64,000 nt of DNA from Lophium mytilinum (GCA_010093605.1 MU004194.1:658323-722322); one strand, 5' to 3'; shown: positions 25,665 through 37,755, counted from the stretch's first letter. Notes: a model not told the origin generated them from the sequence alone. Program-made: numbers and translations.

Positions 25665-27367
25665 ATGGCTTCGTCAGACGTGTTCCAGGCGATCACAGAC
25701 GTCGTCTCGAAAGAGAAGGTGATGTTTTGGGGCAGCATCTTTGTAGTAGCTGCTGGAAGCTACTTTCTCAGCTATGTGATGAATGCGCAGGCGATGTCGA
25801 AGATCCCGATGATCGGGAAAGAGATGGGAAATCAGAGGCAAAGGGAGAAGATTTTCTTGGGCAGGGCGAAGATGCTACTACAACAAGGTTATCACAAGGT
25901 ACGGTTCTGAGTGGATCTTGAGTAGAACTTAATTGCTAATGCTTTGATTGCAGTTCAAGAAGAACGGTATCTTCAGAATCACTACCGCTGAAGGAACTCG
26001 CGTCATTATCAACCGCAAATTCTTGGACGAGATTAGAGACATGTCTGATGATATTATCAGCTTCGAGAGCGCTCTTGAAGAGGTTAGCTGCTACTTTTCG
26101 AGCAGTAGTCTTCAATACTAATTCTTCATAATAGACACTCGAGACTAAGTACACTACTATTCCCACGGACGAGTACCTCATCAACCACTGCGTCAAGGCC
26201 GATTTGACTCCAGGTCTTGCGAGGCTGACAGACGCCATTGATGAAGAGGTCAAACATGGCATTAGCACCGAACTCCCCCAGTCTACCGACTGGACTGCCA
26301 TTAAGCTTAGCCCAAAGCTACTCCGAATGGTCGCCATGATCTCTGGCCGCGTCTTCATCGGCCCAGACAACTGTCGCAACGAGAGCTGGATTAAGATCGC
26401 CGTAGACTATACTCTCAACGTCTTCACTGGCCAGCGAGCTATCAAGGCATGGCGCCCAATCTGGAGACCTTTCGTTTACCGGTTCCTACCCGAGATCCGC
26501 GAGATTCACGCTCGTCGCGAAGACGCTAGGAAGCTCCTCGTACCAATCGTGCAGCAACGAGAAGCTATGAAGGGCAAGTGGGGTGACAACAAGCCCGACG
26601 ACATGATGCAATGGATGATGGACAAGGCCGATGCATGGAACGTGAAGGGTGATGAACGTCAAGCGTTCCAGCAGCTCACTCTCAGCATGGCTGCCATCCA
26701 CACCACCGTCATGTCCGTCACACAAGCACTATACGATCTCGCTGCCATGCCCCAATACATCCAACCCCTCCGCGACGAGGTCAAGGAAGCCCTCTCTCAA
26801 TCCGGCGGTAAATTCGACAGGAACGTCCTCAGCAAGCTCCACCTCATGGACAGCTTCATGAAAGAATCCCAGCGCTACAACCCCCCCGGCTTCAGTAAGC
26901 TCGCCCCGTGCCCACCCCTAAAGAGTCCCCACTAACCAACCCCAGCCTCCTTCCGCCGCAAAGTCCGCCGCGGCGTCTCCCTCTCCGACGGCACGTACCT
27001 CCCCGCCGGCGTCACCATCGAAGTCCCCTCACACGCCATCGCGCGCGACCCCGAATTGTACCCGGACCCGGAGAAGTTCGACGCCTACCGCTTCTACAAC
27101 ATGCGCAAGGAGGGCCACAAAGACGCGGACCGCCACCAGTTCGTCGCCGTCACGCCCGCGAGCCTGCACTTTGGGTACGGGAAGCACGCGTGCCCCGGCC
27201 GCTTCTTCGCGGCGAGCGAGATTAAGTTGATTCTTGCGAATATGCTGCTGCAGTACGATATCAAGGTCGACAAGCCCGAGGAGGGGCGGTACAAGAACAT
27301 CGAGTTTGCGCACCAGAACATCCCGGATCCGAGGCGGGATTTGCTGTTTAGGAAGTTGAGGACTTGA
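25665..27367 (+). CDS. Cytochrome P450 (ent-kaurene oxidase-like group, 4 exons)
   Basis: N-terminal TM helix, AAIHTT (I-helix), KESQR (ExxR), FDAYRF and heme motif FGYGKHACPGRFFA. Introns near 25899, 26083 and 26895. Confidence 0.92.
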
Positions 27368-27555
27368 CGGGGGAATTAGGTAGGAATGGGAGAGGGGGGG
27401 TTTGTGGAGTAAGGGAGCTCGTAGAATGTATCAAATAGAAGCGTTCTTGGATTTGAGATAAATGCCCCATGCTCACTACCTACTAAATTGCACAGTCTTA
27501 CCATATTGGTTAGTTAGTAAAGCTTCCACTTCTCTACCTTCCGCTGCTCCCACAA

Positions 27556-28575
27556 TCACTTCTCGACCCACGTCTCAACCCACTCCTCGCCCCTCTTCAC
27601 AACCACCCGACGCACCAGCCTCTCCCTCCTGTTGCCGACACCTCCTGTTCTCATGCGTAGGTCCATCCGCCGTGACTCCTCGTCGAATTTCTCCATCGAC
27701 TGCTGCAGCGGCAGCGGAGTCGTCCACCACAAGCGCCACCGCTCCGGATGCTGTGCTACAGGGTCCAAGAGCGTATTCCCGGCGGGGATGAGGTGCAGAG
27801 GTCGAGGAACTGATTGGGGTGCTGGCGGAGGAGGAGGCGCGTGGAAGATGGAGGACAAGAGTGAGGTGAGAGTCGGGGTATCGGCGGGCTGGAGTTGGGG
27901 GATTGGAGAGGGCTGGAAGTGTCGAGGCCCTGATTGTCGGTTGGAGCGGGGTTGGGTTGCGGTTATGCTCTGATGGGGCCGTGTAACGGGTTGATGTGTT
28001 GCCCCAGGGCTGCCATAGATTCGTTCCCTGGAAGGTGGTGGCTGCTGAGGTCGTCTTTCGGGGGCTGTTGTCTCTCTATGAGTCGACGAAAACGAGAGGT
28101 GGGCGTTGGATGGTCTGCTGGATAGTCTAGAGGCTAAGGATATCGTAGCAGGTGTAGAAAGTCGAGGAGTAAAATCTGGTCTTCCTCGTGCGGTTGTTGA
28201 GTCTCCGGAAGATTGTGCGGGCGAGGACTGGCGGTGAGATGGTCTGATGGGTGTTGAAGGACGAGAAGCAAAACCTGGTCTACCTGGAGTGGTGGGTGCG
28301 CCGGAAGACGGTGCATGCGAGCGTTGCGGGCTGGCTGGCCTAATAGATGTGGGTATTGTCCTAGAGGGAGTTGATGGTCTAGGGGGCGGCTCGCGAGAAC
28401 GAAAGCGAGGGTGGGGACTAGAGCTTCGCTTTCGTGATGGTCGATATCGCAATTGTTCCTCGGTAAGGCTGAAGCGAACTCTCTTCTCACTACTACTCGT
28501 TTTCTTAAGAATGGATTTGGGTTGGGGAGGAGTGCTCGACGGCCCTCCAAGGAAGGAAGCTAGGGTAGAGAGCAT
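27556..28575 (-). CDS. Hypothetical disordered Pro/Ser/Arg-rich protein
   Basis: 339-aa ATG-started ORF with KSILKK..RVRF near the N-terminus, internal repeat GRPxFxxRxSTP, and a Trp-rich C-terminus. Confidence 0.6.
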   Translation of the reverse strand: MLSTLASFLGGPSSTPPQPKSILKKTSSSEKRVRFSLTEEQLRYRPSRKRSSSPHPRFRSREPPPRPSTPSRTIPTSIRPASPQRSHAPSSGAPTTPGRPGFASRPSTPIRPSHRQSSPAQSSGDSTTARGRPDFTPRLSTPATISLASRLSSRPSNAHLSFSSTHRETTAPERRPQQPPPSRERIYGSPGATHQPVTRPHQSITATQPRSNRQSGPRHFQPSPIPQLQPADTPTLTSLLSSIFHAPPPPPAPQSVPRPLHLIPAGNTLLDPVAQHPERWRLWWTTPLPLQQSMEKFDEESRRMDLRMRTGGVGNRRERLVRRVVVKRGEEWVETWVEK

Positions 28576-28909
28576 TGTTGCTCAGTATGGTTGAAGATTT
28601 TGATTATCTTTTTGCGGCTACTTTTCCAAGAATCTATTCTATATCTTGATTGTTTATAAAGTGAGAGACCGTGGAAATTGACTGTTGATTTGGCGGAAGT
28701 ACGCTGTAAATGACACGTACAGGACAGCTCATCGACATCAACTCAAAGGACGGTACCTAGGTAGTCCGTTTTTCCTGCCCCTTCGTGGCTGAAATGGTCG
28801 AGTGTAGAGTGGCTAATGACGCTGTGAACACGAGGATCGCCGAGTGAAGGGCAGGCTTGACAACTAAGTATCGCCGATTTCGCGAAAGCTCAATACAAAG
28901 GGTCGTCGC

Positions 28910-30804
28910 TCAGGCAGCCACTGCTCTCACTTCGGTGATCCTATCTGCCGCAGCGCTATCCACACCCCTCTCGATTCCTGTTCCTGCTCCGCCATCCACA
29001 ACCAAGAGACCTCCAACGTCGATTGGAGTACTACCATTTGCTCCTCTCATCGTGTTCAGTTCCAGACTGCTGCGATCGCTCCGTGCGCCCTCGCTACCTG
29101 CTGGGCTAACACCGGAGCGTGAAAATAGCTTCCGCAAGTGGTACATCCAACTCCGCGCCAGAGGGCGGTGATGGAAAGCCGACTGGATGTCCTCGAGAGA
29201 GCGGCCACGTGTCTCTGGCATGTAAGCTGTAAGGACAAGGACGGTGCCAAGAGTTAAGAAGCCGAATAGGAAGTAAGCGCCGAATGAGGATTTGGCGAGG
29301 AAGATTGGTGTTGTAAACGCGACAAGCCAGTTCGTCAACTGCAATGTATAAGCATGAGTGCATTTAGAGAGGAAGTAGAACCTACGAAGTTGACACCCTG
29401 GGCAACGCAACTTGCGGCAGCTCGCGTTCGGGCAGGTTGGATTTCACTGGCATATAACTTTGCCGACACGGCCCATGTGAAGGCGTAAGTCAGGGCAAAA
29501 GCAAAGATCAACACTACTACCACCCATCGTACCGGGCCTGTGGAATGAACACTCTTTGAGGCGTAAAGACTCCCAATAACGATCATACAGAAAGCTAGGC
29601 CAGAACCCCCTACGAGAATAGAGGTACGACGACCCACGCGATCAGCAACCAGGAAAGCTGGAATCGATACGGCGAATATGAGGATTGCCGAGACTCCGGA
29701 TGCAAGGAAAGAAGCGGACTGAGACGGGAGTCCGGCTTGCGCGAAGAGAGTGGGCGCATACTAGATATTATGGTTAGCTTGCATGTTATTGTTTATTTTG
29801 TAGGGTTGACGAACGAATAGTACGCCGTCTATGCCACTCAGTTGCACCATTCCGAGAATGAACAACGCAAGCATGGTACGAGCGCGGTACTGTCGGCGGA
29901 AGATTATGAGGAAGCCTTCCAACGTCGAAGGCGCAGCATGAAGTTCATTAGTCGAGTTGAGGAAGTCTTTCTCCGCCTCGACGCGAGACAGGTTTAGTCG
30001 ATCGCTCTCTTTCAAGGCTTCATCCCGTTTACCAGAGAGCATCAACCACCTCGGAGATGTTGGTAAAAACCAAGTAGAGACTGCAAGTGTCAATGCGAAG
30101 GCGGCTTGGACGATATATGGTAGTCTCCAGGAGATCGAGGATGCGATCTTGGTTGATCCGTAGCATGTGAAGTACCCAGCACAGAGACCTGTCTACATTA
30201 GATTGAGCGATTCAAGCAAGCAGATTATATCTTACCAACTGTGGTAGCAAGCTGCGAAATGGACACGAGGACGCCACGGCGCGCACTCGGAGAGATCTCG
30301 CTGACATATCTAGGGACACCAAATCAGTCCCGTAGCCAGATCAATCTCGATAATCTACTCACACGTAGCAGTTACTGAGCCAGAGCCCTTCTCCAAGTCC
30401 GCCCAGAGCTCGTCCAGAAAGAAACATAGGCAAGTGATACGCTCCGCCTTGGAGGGCTGCCCCGACAGTAAAGACAAGGGCGCCTGCCATGATGATAGAT
30501 AGATGTCCATATCTATTCGCTAATTGGCCCGCAAAGAAGGATGGAAAGGCTCCGGTAAGCATGATCAGGGATACAGTGAAGCCTCGCATTATAGGAGTGA
30601 GCTCTCCGAACGTATCCTGAAAGAACTTCATTTCTGTGACCGAACCGATAGAGCCGGTATCGTAACTAGGCTATGTCAATGATATGAGATTGATGTAAGG
30701 AGAATTGACTCATCTCACCCGTTGAGAAAGCCGCCAATCGATATGAGCGACGAGGCTACAACATAGCCGGGAGGGTTCACTATCTTCTTGAACACGGACG
30801 CCAT
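28910..30804 (-). CDS. MFS sugar porter (multi-exon)
   Basis: GGFLNG|YDTG, YVSEISP, PTSPRWL, QLSGIDGV, DRVGRR, YASEIQP and PETRGRSLEDI. Confidence 0.92.
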
Positions 30805-31532
30805 GATTGAGGCGAGTGTAAGGTTATGGATGAGTTCTTGTGTCAATGGTGGATAAATTGCTATATTGGCAGTCTGGTTGCACACGTTGAAGTGTTTATA
30901 GGGCTGCGGATCGCATTACAAATGCACCATCCCTGGTGTCCGTGACGTACGGTGAGAAGATGATAAGGATGTCGCGTGGAATTGTGGGGTTCTGGTTGGA
31001 CGGTGCTGCGGCCTTTGTTGGAGGTTGGAGAGGCGGGGTGAACTATCCGGGGTGCCCTATTCGCGTGGACGATCGGGGAGAAAGGGCTAGACTCAGCTAG
31101 GCATCTTATACGACAACTCTCCCGCGTATGCTCGCCTTTTTTCTAAATGCGGAGAAAGATTACCATTCTGACAGCCTGATGATGCGTTAGTCTTGTATTG
31201 TCCACACTATCCGTCGGCGGACCAATAATTAGACACATTGCAGAAGGTGAATGCTTGTGACTCATAGTAGGCTTCGCGTCACGAGAATGATGCTAGGCAT
31301 CGCGCTGATAGAGATGGGTGAGCGGGTACTGTTCTTGAGTATCACTTTGGAGACTACGCACACTGCCAGGAGCAGCCCTGTTGCTAGAAGGTCATGCGAT
31401 GGAGGCATCTTGGATTTCTGCAGCGTGCCATTTGATAATGCGACTTTACTTCAGAAGCACCATATGGACACTCGTAGCAGTGGCAGACGAGTGTTCAAAG
31501 TGGTCTCCCATGAAACATTCGGACTAGGACAT

Positions 31533-32660
31533 TTAGAAGGAGCCAAGCACTCCCAGCTCCCCAACCAAAAATGGATACTCGTACACCCGGTTTCGATACA
31601 CCATGATCTCGTTAGGCGCTTGGTCCATAGCATCAATCTTAGCCCTCCAATTTCGAAGTCTGAGTTTCCAGGCTTCAAGTCCGTCTTTATCTGTCCCTAT
31701 AAGCTTTAGACCCTCGAAACCTTGGTATACCATGGCGGAAGTCCACAAATGCCTTTTCCACTCTGGTCCCGTCCAACGTCGCCATCTTCTGTCTCTTTCT
31801 TCGTCAAGCTCCTCAAAGTCGCCTCCAACGGATTCGCGAAGCTCGGCCCAGGGCAGATCCCAGCGGGTGCTTTCTAGTAGATGCTCAAGCGATAGATGAT
31901 GTTGGTATTCAGTCCAAGGATACACATCCTGGAGTTCCCCAGGCTTCGGCAAATATGGACCAATAGCCAGAACGGCACGACGTGGATCGATCGCTGGTTT
32001 GGGCTGGTGGTGTATGCACCTCCAATCAGGCATACAATACTTCACATACTCCAGGCGCGTGTCGAGGTCTGCACCCATGGGAATGGTGCCGGATGTAAAG
32101 TAAGAGTCGAACGCATGACCAAAGAGCTCACCGTAAATTGCCAAGTGGAAAAATGCTTCTGGTGGGTCAGAATTGATGGTGTATGCATCATCAACACCAC
32201 CGGACCAGAAATCGGGAGTCGCGGTCCACTGATCACCAACAGATTTGTCAATGAGATCGGTGACTGGGTTGATGGTGGAGAAACGTAGAGAATGTAGTTC
32301 TCGAATTCGCTCCAACGTCAATCCGGAGTGGTCTAGGCAAAGGTCCATCAAGGCGTCAATTCCACCCTGAAATGCTTTCCGCAACTCTAGCGTATTGCTG
32401 TGGCTCAGAGCTGCCCATGCCGATAGCTGACGAGCGGTGGCCGCAATGAGAAAATGAGGAGAGGGACGGAAGAAGAATCGAGACGCAGCGGCGGCGAGGC
32501 GAAGTATGGTCCGCGGTGATGTTCTAGAGAGGCAGTTTCGAAGAGCTCTACAGCTTGAAGTGAGATTGGTGAAGTCTTCGATATTATGAAGATAATCAGG
32601 CAACAAGATGAGAATGTCTGCTGGGAGCGAAAGAAGTTGTAAAGATTGAGAGCCCGACAT
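31533..32660 (-). CDS. Hypothetical protein with N-terminal F-box-like motif
   Basis: 375-aa intronless ORF starting LLSLPADILILLPDYL..NLTSSCRALR. Confidence 0.7.
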   Translation of the reverse strand: MSGSQSLQLLSLPADILILLPDYLHNIEDFTNLTSSCRALRNCLSRTSPRTILRLAAAASRFFFRPSPHFLIAATARQLSAWAALSHSNTLELRKAFQGGIDALMDLCLDHSGLTLERIRELHSLRFSTINPVTDLIDKSVGDQWTATPDFWSGGVDDAYTINSDPPEAFFHLAIYGELFGHAFDSYFTSGTIPMGADLDTRLEYVKYCMPDWRCIHHQPKPAIDPRRAVLAIGPYLPKPGELQDVYPWTEYQHHLSLEHLLESTRWDLPWAELRESVGGDFEELDEERDRRWRRWTGPEWKRHLWTSAMVYQGFEGLKLIGTDKDGLEAWKLRLRNWRAKIDAMDQAPNEIMVYRNRVYEYPFLVGELGVLGSF

Positions 32661-33554
32661 ATTGATGACTTGGTAGATCGAGATTGCGCCTTGTGACTAG
32701 GAGATACTTAAATATCAGACAGATACAGGGCTTCTTTAAACAAAAGGAGAGGAGTGAGGAGAGGATATGGTAGCTGTGGGAGGATTGACCGGCCCGCAGG
32801 GACGCCCCTGAGGCTTGCACTGCACGGCCACACCTAGTCTCCAGGCCGCGTCTCGCCACTCATCTCAACCATTCCCTGCCATTCCTTCCCATTTGCGACA
32901 CCACCATGGCCATCCACATCCAAGACCATCGGGTTTCGAGTAGAAGAAGTGCCTGTGGGCATGAAAGTCTCGTCAAGTGCACCGCGACCCCAAGGACCAT
33001 AGGCATTGCGTCTAGAATATTCCAAGCCAACTCGACTTGCTCAACCACTTTCCAAGCTAGATGAAGTTGAGAAACTCGAAGGAGTTCCATTAACATGAAA
33101 CCTACGGAGCCGCCGTCATGCAAGAGTATATTTATAGAAAGTAATGCTAACTGCTAACCACTCAGTGTTTGCACTCTACAAAAACTGTTGTTTAGCCCCC
33201 GCAGTCTTATGTCGATCATGCGCAGCCCTACCAGCCCGGAGGCAATGCAACCCCAAAACAGTCAGCACGGCAAGACTTATCTACAATCTGATTGGTAAAT
33301 TGCTGATTGGCTTGAGGCTTAACATGATACTGTGCGCCATGTGGATTTGTACCTCGCAAGAGCATTGCAATAATCACAGCCACCTCAGCTCTGTCCTACA
33401 AAAGACATCCCTGATATGTGCCTAACGAATCCTAGTCGTTGTCGACTGGGTCTTGATTTATTTACCTATCTTCAACGCCCTTGAATGCTCCTCATCTTTC
33501 AGCCCTTTCTCGTCCTAGTCAAGTAGGACTTTTGATCTTGACGGGAACACCGCG

Positions 33555-34497
33555 ATGAACCCAGCATTGTCCTCGCGGCAGGTCGCCCAGTTTGACCAAA
33601 ACCAATGGTACCAGATCACCGTCGATACCTCCGACTCCCTTTCGATGGCCGGAACTGAGCTTTCCGAGCACCGGGCGGGCTCTGTGTTCTTCCAAGTTAC
33701 AAACACATCCGCGCCATTGCAGCGTTGGCAATTGTTTCCATCTAAGAATTCAACCTATATACTGCGCAGCCAATCTGGCCCGCAAGGATATCTGGGCGCT
33801 TCGGCGAAGCCTAGTACGAAAAGCGAGCAAGGCGGTACAACCGCGATCATGTCTAACCATTCTATTGCGGACAATGGCGTCTTCTGGCATGTCAATACTT
33901 TCCACGACGGCCGTTCCTATCTCAATAACCTTGCCAATGGCACGGCATGGAATCTGATGGTGAAATCAGCTGGGTCGATGGCAATGACATCTGATATCAA
34001 AGGAGAACAGGATAGACAGAGTTTCAGTTTCACGAAGCTTGGAGCTATCAATGATCCGAAGTATTCGACGATAATCGTAAGTTATTTCTCAGTGTGGTCT
34101 GACGACAGATCGCTGACCGAAGTTTTATTAGAACCCGGGAGATTCCACTCCTACCAATCATCCAAGTCCTTCTTCATTACCTTCTCAGACTTCTGGCCAC
34201 TCTAGCGGTCTTTCCACAGGCGCATACGCTGCGATTGGAGCCTCGATTGCAGCCGCCATCATCGCATTCGTGGTTGGACTTCTTTTCCTCTTTCGGCGAA
34301 GGAGACGCATGCAGAAGCACGTGCCGGAAAAGGGGATCGACACTGGCGGTGTTTTACCGCATGAATATCCAAATATCCCCATCTCAGAGCCACAGCCAGC
34401 TCATCCGCTCTACGAGCTTCAGTCGAATGAGTTGGCAGAGATGTACGTTCCTCCCACTGTATTGCCAGCCCATGAAGCATTGCAAAGAGGGACTTAA
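33555..34497 (+). CDS. Ricin-B/beta-trefoil-like ectodomain + single TM protein (2 exons; true start uncertain)
   Basis: QxW-like repeats (QRWQL, VFWHV, QSFSF). Intron 34077-34131, then a Ser/Thr stalk, TM segment GLSTGAYAAIGASIAAAIIAFVVGLLFLF, stop-transfer RRRRR and a tail containing YEL. Confidence 0.7.
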
Positions 34498-34662
34498 GTT
34501 TGCAAAGAGGGCCTTAGTACAGCCATTATGAACGGCTTCGATGAAGATACTGGGTTGAAGCTCTACTCGACTATGATAGTCATAAGGAATGAAGATATAA
34601 ATTTCCGCGCCTAATTATACAGGTAAGGTCTACAGCTATCGTAGACCCATAGAAAACGCTTG

Positions 34663-35644
34663 CTAAATGTTGTCTGTAGCGACCGTGTTCTCGATCGCCC
34701 ACTCCTTTATCGCTTCGAAATTCCTGCAGACGTGGTCGGTGTTGAAGTCGGGCCAAGGATCGTCGTATTCGGGCAGCATCGCAAAGGTGAAGACTCCGAC
34801 GTCACTTGAACACATCAAGTTCATGCGGAGAATCTCGATGCAATGGTCTAGAAACAGATCAGCAGCTGCTTTACGCCTAGCCTTGTTGAAGTGAAAGAAC
34901 GCCATACCTAGATGCATACGAAGCTTCTCCGGTGGGTCGGAAAGGTCACCACCCTTTGACTCGTAGTGGTCCTTATAGGTGACCTTCCGAAGAAGATTTA
35001 AGCAGTGGAGTTGGTGAAACACTTCCAAACCAATCCGGAAGCCATGTTCTCCAGTACGTGGATCTGTTACGCCCAAGGAATTCATAGGCTTTCCAAGCGC
35101 CTTCATCTGCTCGTGTGATACCATCTGGTCGCCGACTACGCAAAGGATGAGTGCATGGCCGAGTTCGGGGAGGGAGTAAACTCACTGTCGAATGAAAGAC
35201 CATTCCACGCCTCATCTACGTCGTCGCCCATTCCCTGGTACGCAGATGAGACTGCACCCTTCGTTATATTGAAATGGACATTCTCGTATCGAACTGCCTC
35301 CGAAGCCGGGGCTATTTCACTTAATCAGCTTTTCTAACTCCTTGAAGGTGATCTGACGGCTTCTACTTACACCATGCGGAGAACTTTTCAACGAACATTT
35401 CCTCGGTTGGTTGGCCGAACCAGCTGGACACGAAGAACGCCGCTGATATCGAGAAAAGGGCGGCGTGTGTGTACCACATCCATCTAGGTGTCTTCCGGAT
35501 AATGACTGTCCGCTGCTCTGATCCTAACCCATCTTCCAAAAGGGTAGCCGATGAATCATCACTCGACATGCTGATTCTCTTCTCCTCATCGTGGACCACT
35601 TCATAACCCTTGTTCTCGAACCCAGGCTTGCTGGACTTCATCAT
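34663..35644 (-). CDS. DUF3328 / UstYa-like oxidase (4 exons)
   Basis: N-terminal TM. Motifs SPASEAV, VDEAW, VFHQLHCLNLLR, HLDHCIEILRMNLMCSSD and HVCRNFEAIKEWA. Exons 35644-35371, 35311-35186, 35135-34908 and 34847-34663 splice in frame. Confidence 0.93.
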
Positions 35645-37033
35645 GGCTGCGACTGGTCGGTGGACTTGTCAGGTGGAAGAGTAGGAAGAATGGGTGTAGG
35701 AATAGAACGACTGCCGGCAGTAGCCATGGGAGGAAGGGCCGCGGTGGGGTATTATGCCATTCGACAAGCGGCAGGCGTCTATAGCGACGTGGGGCTCGCA
35801 GGTTCCAAGTTATGTTTGATTGGCATTCTGGTTTCACAGGCGTTGGAGATAGCAAAGAGCGACAGGCCGGCAGTGGGACCCGGGCGTATCGAGGATTCCA
35901 TACATCCATCCTACTTACCTCAAACGGTACACCCGCAAGTCCTCTCACTGGTGGCAATAGCCCGCAGCCGGTTCGAGACGTCCAATGTGAGCAATTCCAC
36001 TGTACAAAACCGACCGAAGCACGATCTGATTGGGCCCTCGCCTGCCACTTCCTAAACGCGGGCCATAGTTGACGTTCCAAGCCTGGGACACGAGGAGTCG
36101 CAGAAGGCTAACCAGCACGGCTGCAAATCATGCGGCGAGGCTGCGTCGGTTCGCCATGCCTGGCCTTTGCACAAGACATTCAGGCGCCGGGGCAGTTACA
36201 GAACTCCTAGCGCAGATCACGGCCGTAGTCTTCTTATGCCCTCTCCGGCGGCCTAGTGTTGAGCCTCAGGCGGAGGATGTTGCAGCTTGCCAAGGACGAA
36301 ACCCTTCGGGGAGTATCCCTAGCGCCGATCAGGAGCCCCTGACGCTCCGCGACGCGCTCGGCTAGGCTTCCCGTCCCGCCTCTGCCTGCCAAGCACGCTC
36401 CGCAAGGCGTGAAAAAAAGTGGCACACTCAAGCTCCGCTGGTCAGTTCAACACCGTCTAAGGTGGCCCACAGCGCTATAGGGCTTGCTAGAGCTGATCTT
36501 TTGTAAGCAATAAGAGCATACTGGAGGACCTCAAGCAGTGCTAAATTAGGGTATGCAAGCACAGAAACGCGTCGATGGGAAGCAACAGTATACACGTGCA
36601 TGCGCCCATGTAAAGTGCCACTGTTCCTATGCCCTGCCTGCCCCGCCCCTTAACTCCCGGAATGCTGGGCAAAAGCTTGGCCTCCCGCCCCATACACCAG
36701 CAGCTATACCCGTCATCCACCAGTGTTTGACGGCACGTCACAGACTGCGCTCTTTTCTGCCCTCGCGCATTTACTTGGCGTAGTTTGGCGCCTAAGGCCT
36801 GGTGCTGCGTGCCTTGTATGATCCACATCTCATCGCTACTGGCAATTCCGTGCCTGATTCGGCTGCTTCTTCCTTCACCACCTACAGGCTCCACAACGCC
36901 TGGCGGGAGTTGGAGGCGAGAAGGAGAAGGAGGTAATGAAGGGGCCGGCGCTTTGGGCTGCGCGCAGAATTGCTGATCGGCTAGAAATCACTCACTGATG
37001 GACTTACCGCGGGTGGACCACAGGTCTATCTGA

Positions 37034-37040
37034 TATAAAA
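37034..37040 (+). promoter_or_regulatory. Putative TATA box of the HHK-repeat gene
   Basis: TATAAAA ~190 nt upstream of ATG 37227, followed by a CT-rich tract. Confidence 0.5.
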
Positions 37041-37226
37041 TACCCAGTCTTCTCGGCGCTTCTTCTTTTCGACATCCCATTCATCATCTTCGTCTTCTGT
37101 CTTCAGTGTTCTACTCGGTCCTGGTGTCCTGTATCCATCCGTTCTTTCTTCGTTCAATTCATTCATTTCAAATCTCATATTATCTGTCTTTACTGCTGGC
37201 CAGTATTTACCTATCACTCTTTCATC

Positions 37227-37755
37227 ATGCATTTCACTACCTTCACTCATGCTCTGACCATTGGGCTGCTCGCTGCCTCGCCCCTCGTTGTGGCTCATGA
37301 CAACACTGGTGCTCTGGAGATTGCCAAGCGCTTCGTCGTAAGCTACTATTACTTCTTTGACAACCACTCAATACTAACATCTCCAGGGTGGTTCTGCCAA
37401 CGTTGCCTCCGCTTGGGTGGCCTCCGCCCGCGCCCTAGAAGCACGTGAACCGCACCACAAACAGTCAAAAGGTGGCAACGCAGCCACCGCCGGTGCTGCG
37501 GCTAACGGAACCGCTACCACTGCCACCACTGCTACCACCGGAAAGAAGAACTGCGCCAGAGACCCACATCACAAAAATTCAAAAGCGTGTGCCCGGGACG
37601 TCGAGGAGGTTGAACTGGAGGCCCGCCACCATAAAGGGGGAAATGCTGCCGCCCCAGCAGCCTCAGCTGCACCGGCGACAGCGAGCACTGCTGCTACTGC
37701 GAATACGAAGTGCGCCAGACACCACAAAGGGAACGCTGCGAAAGCCTGTGCTTAG
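37227..37755 (+). CDS. Secreted 159-aa HHK-repeat protein; candidate protease-processed RiPP precursor
   Basis: Exon 1 37227-37337 has the signal peptide and a KR site. Intron GTAAGC..CTAAC..CAG 37338-37386. Exon 2 37387-37755 is in frame and carries four HHK...CA(R) units. Confidence 0.85.
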
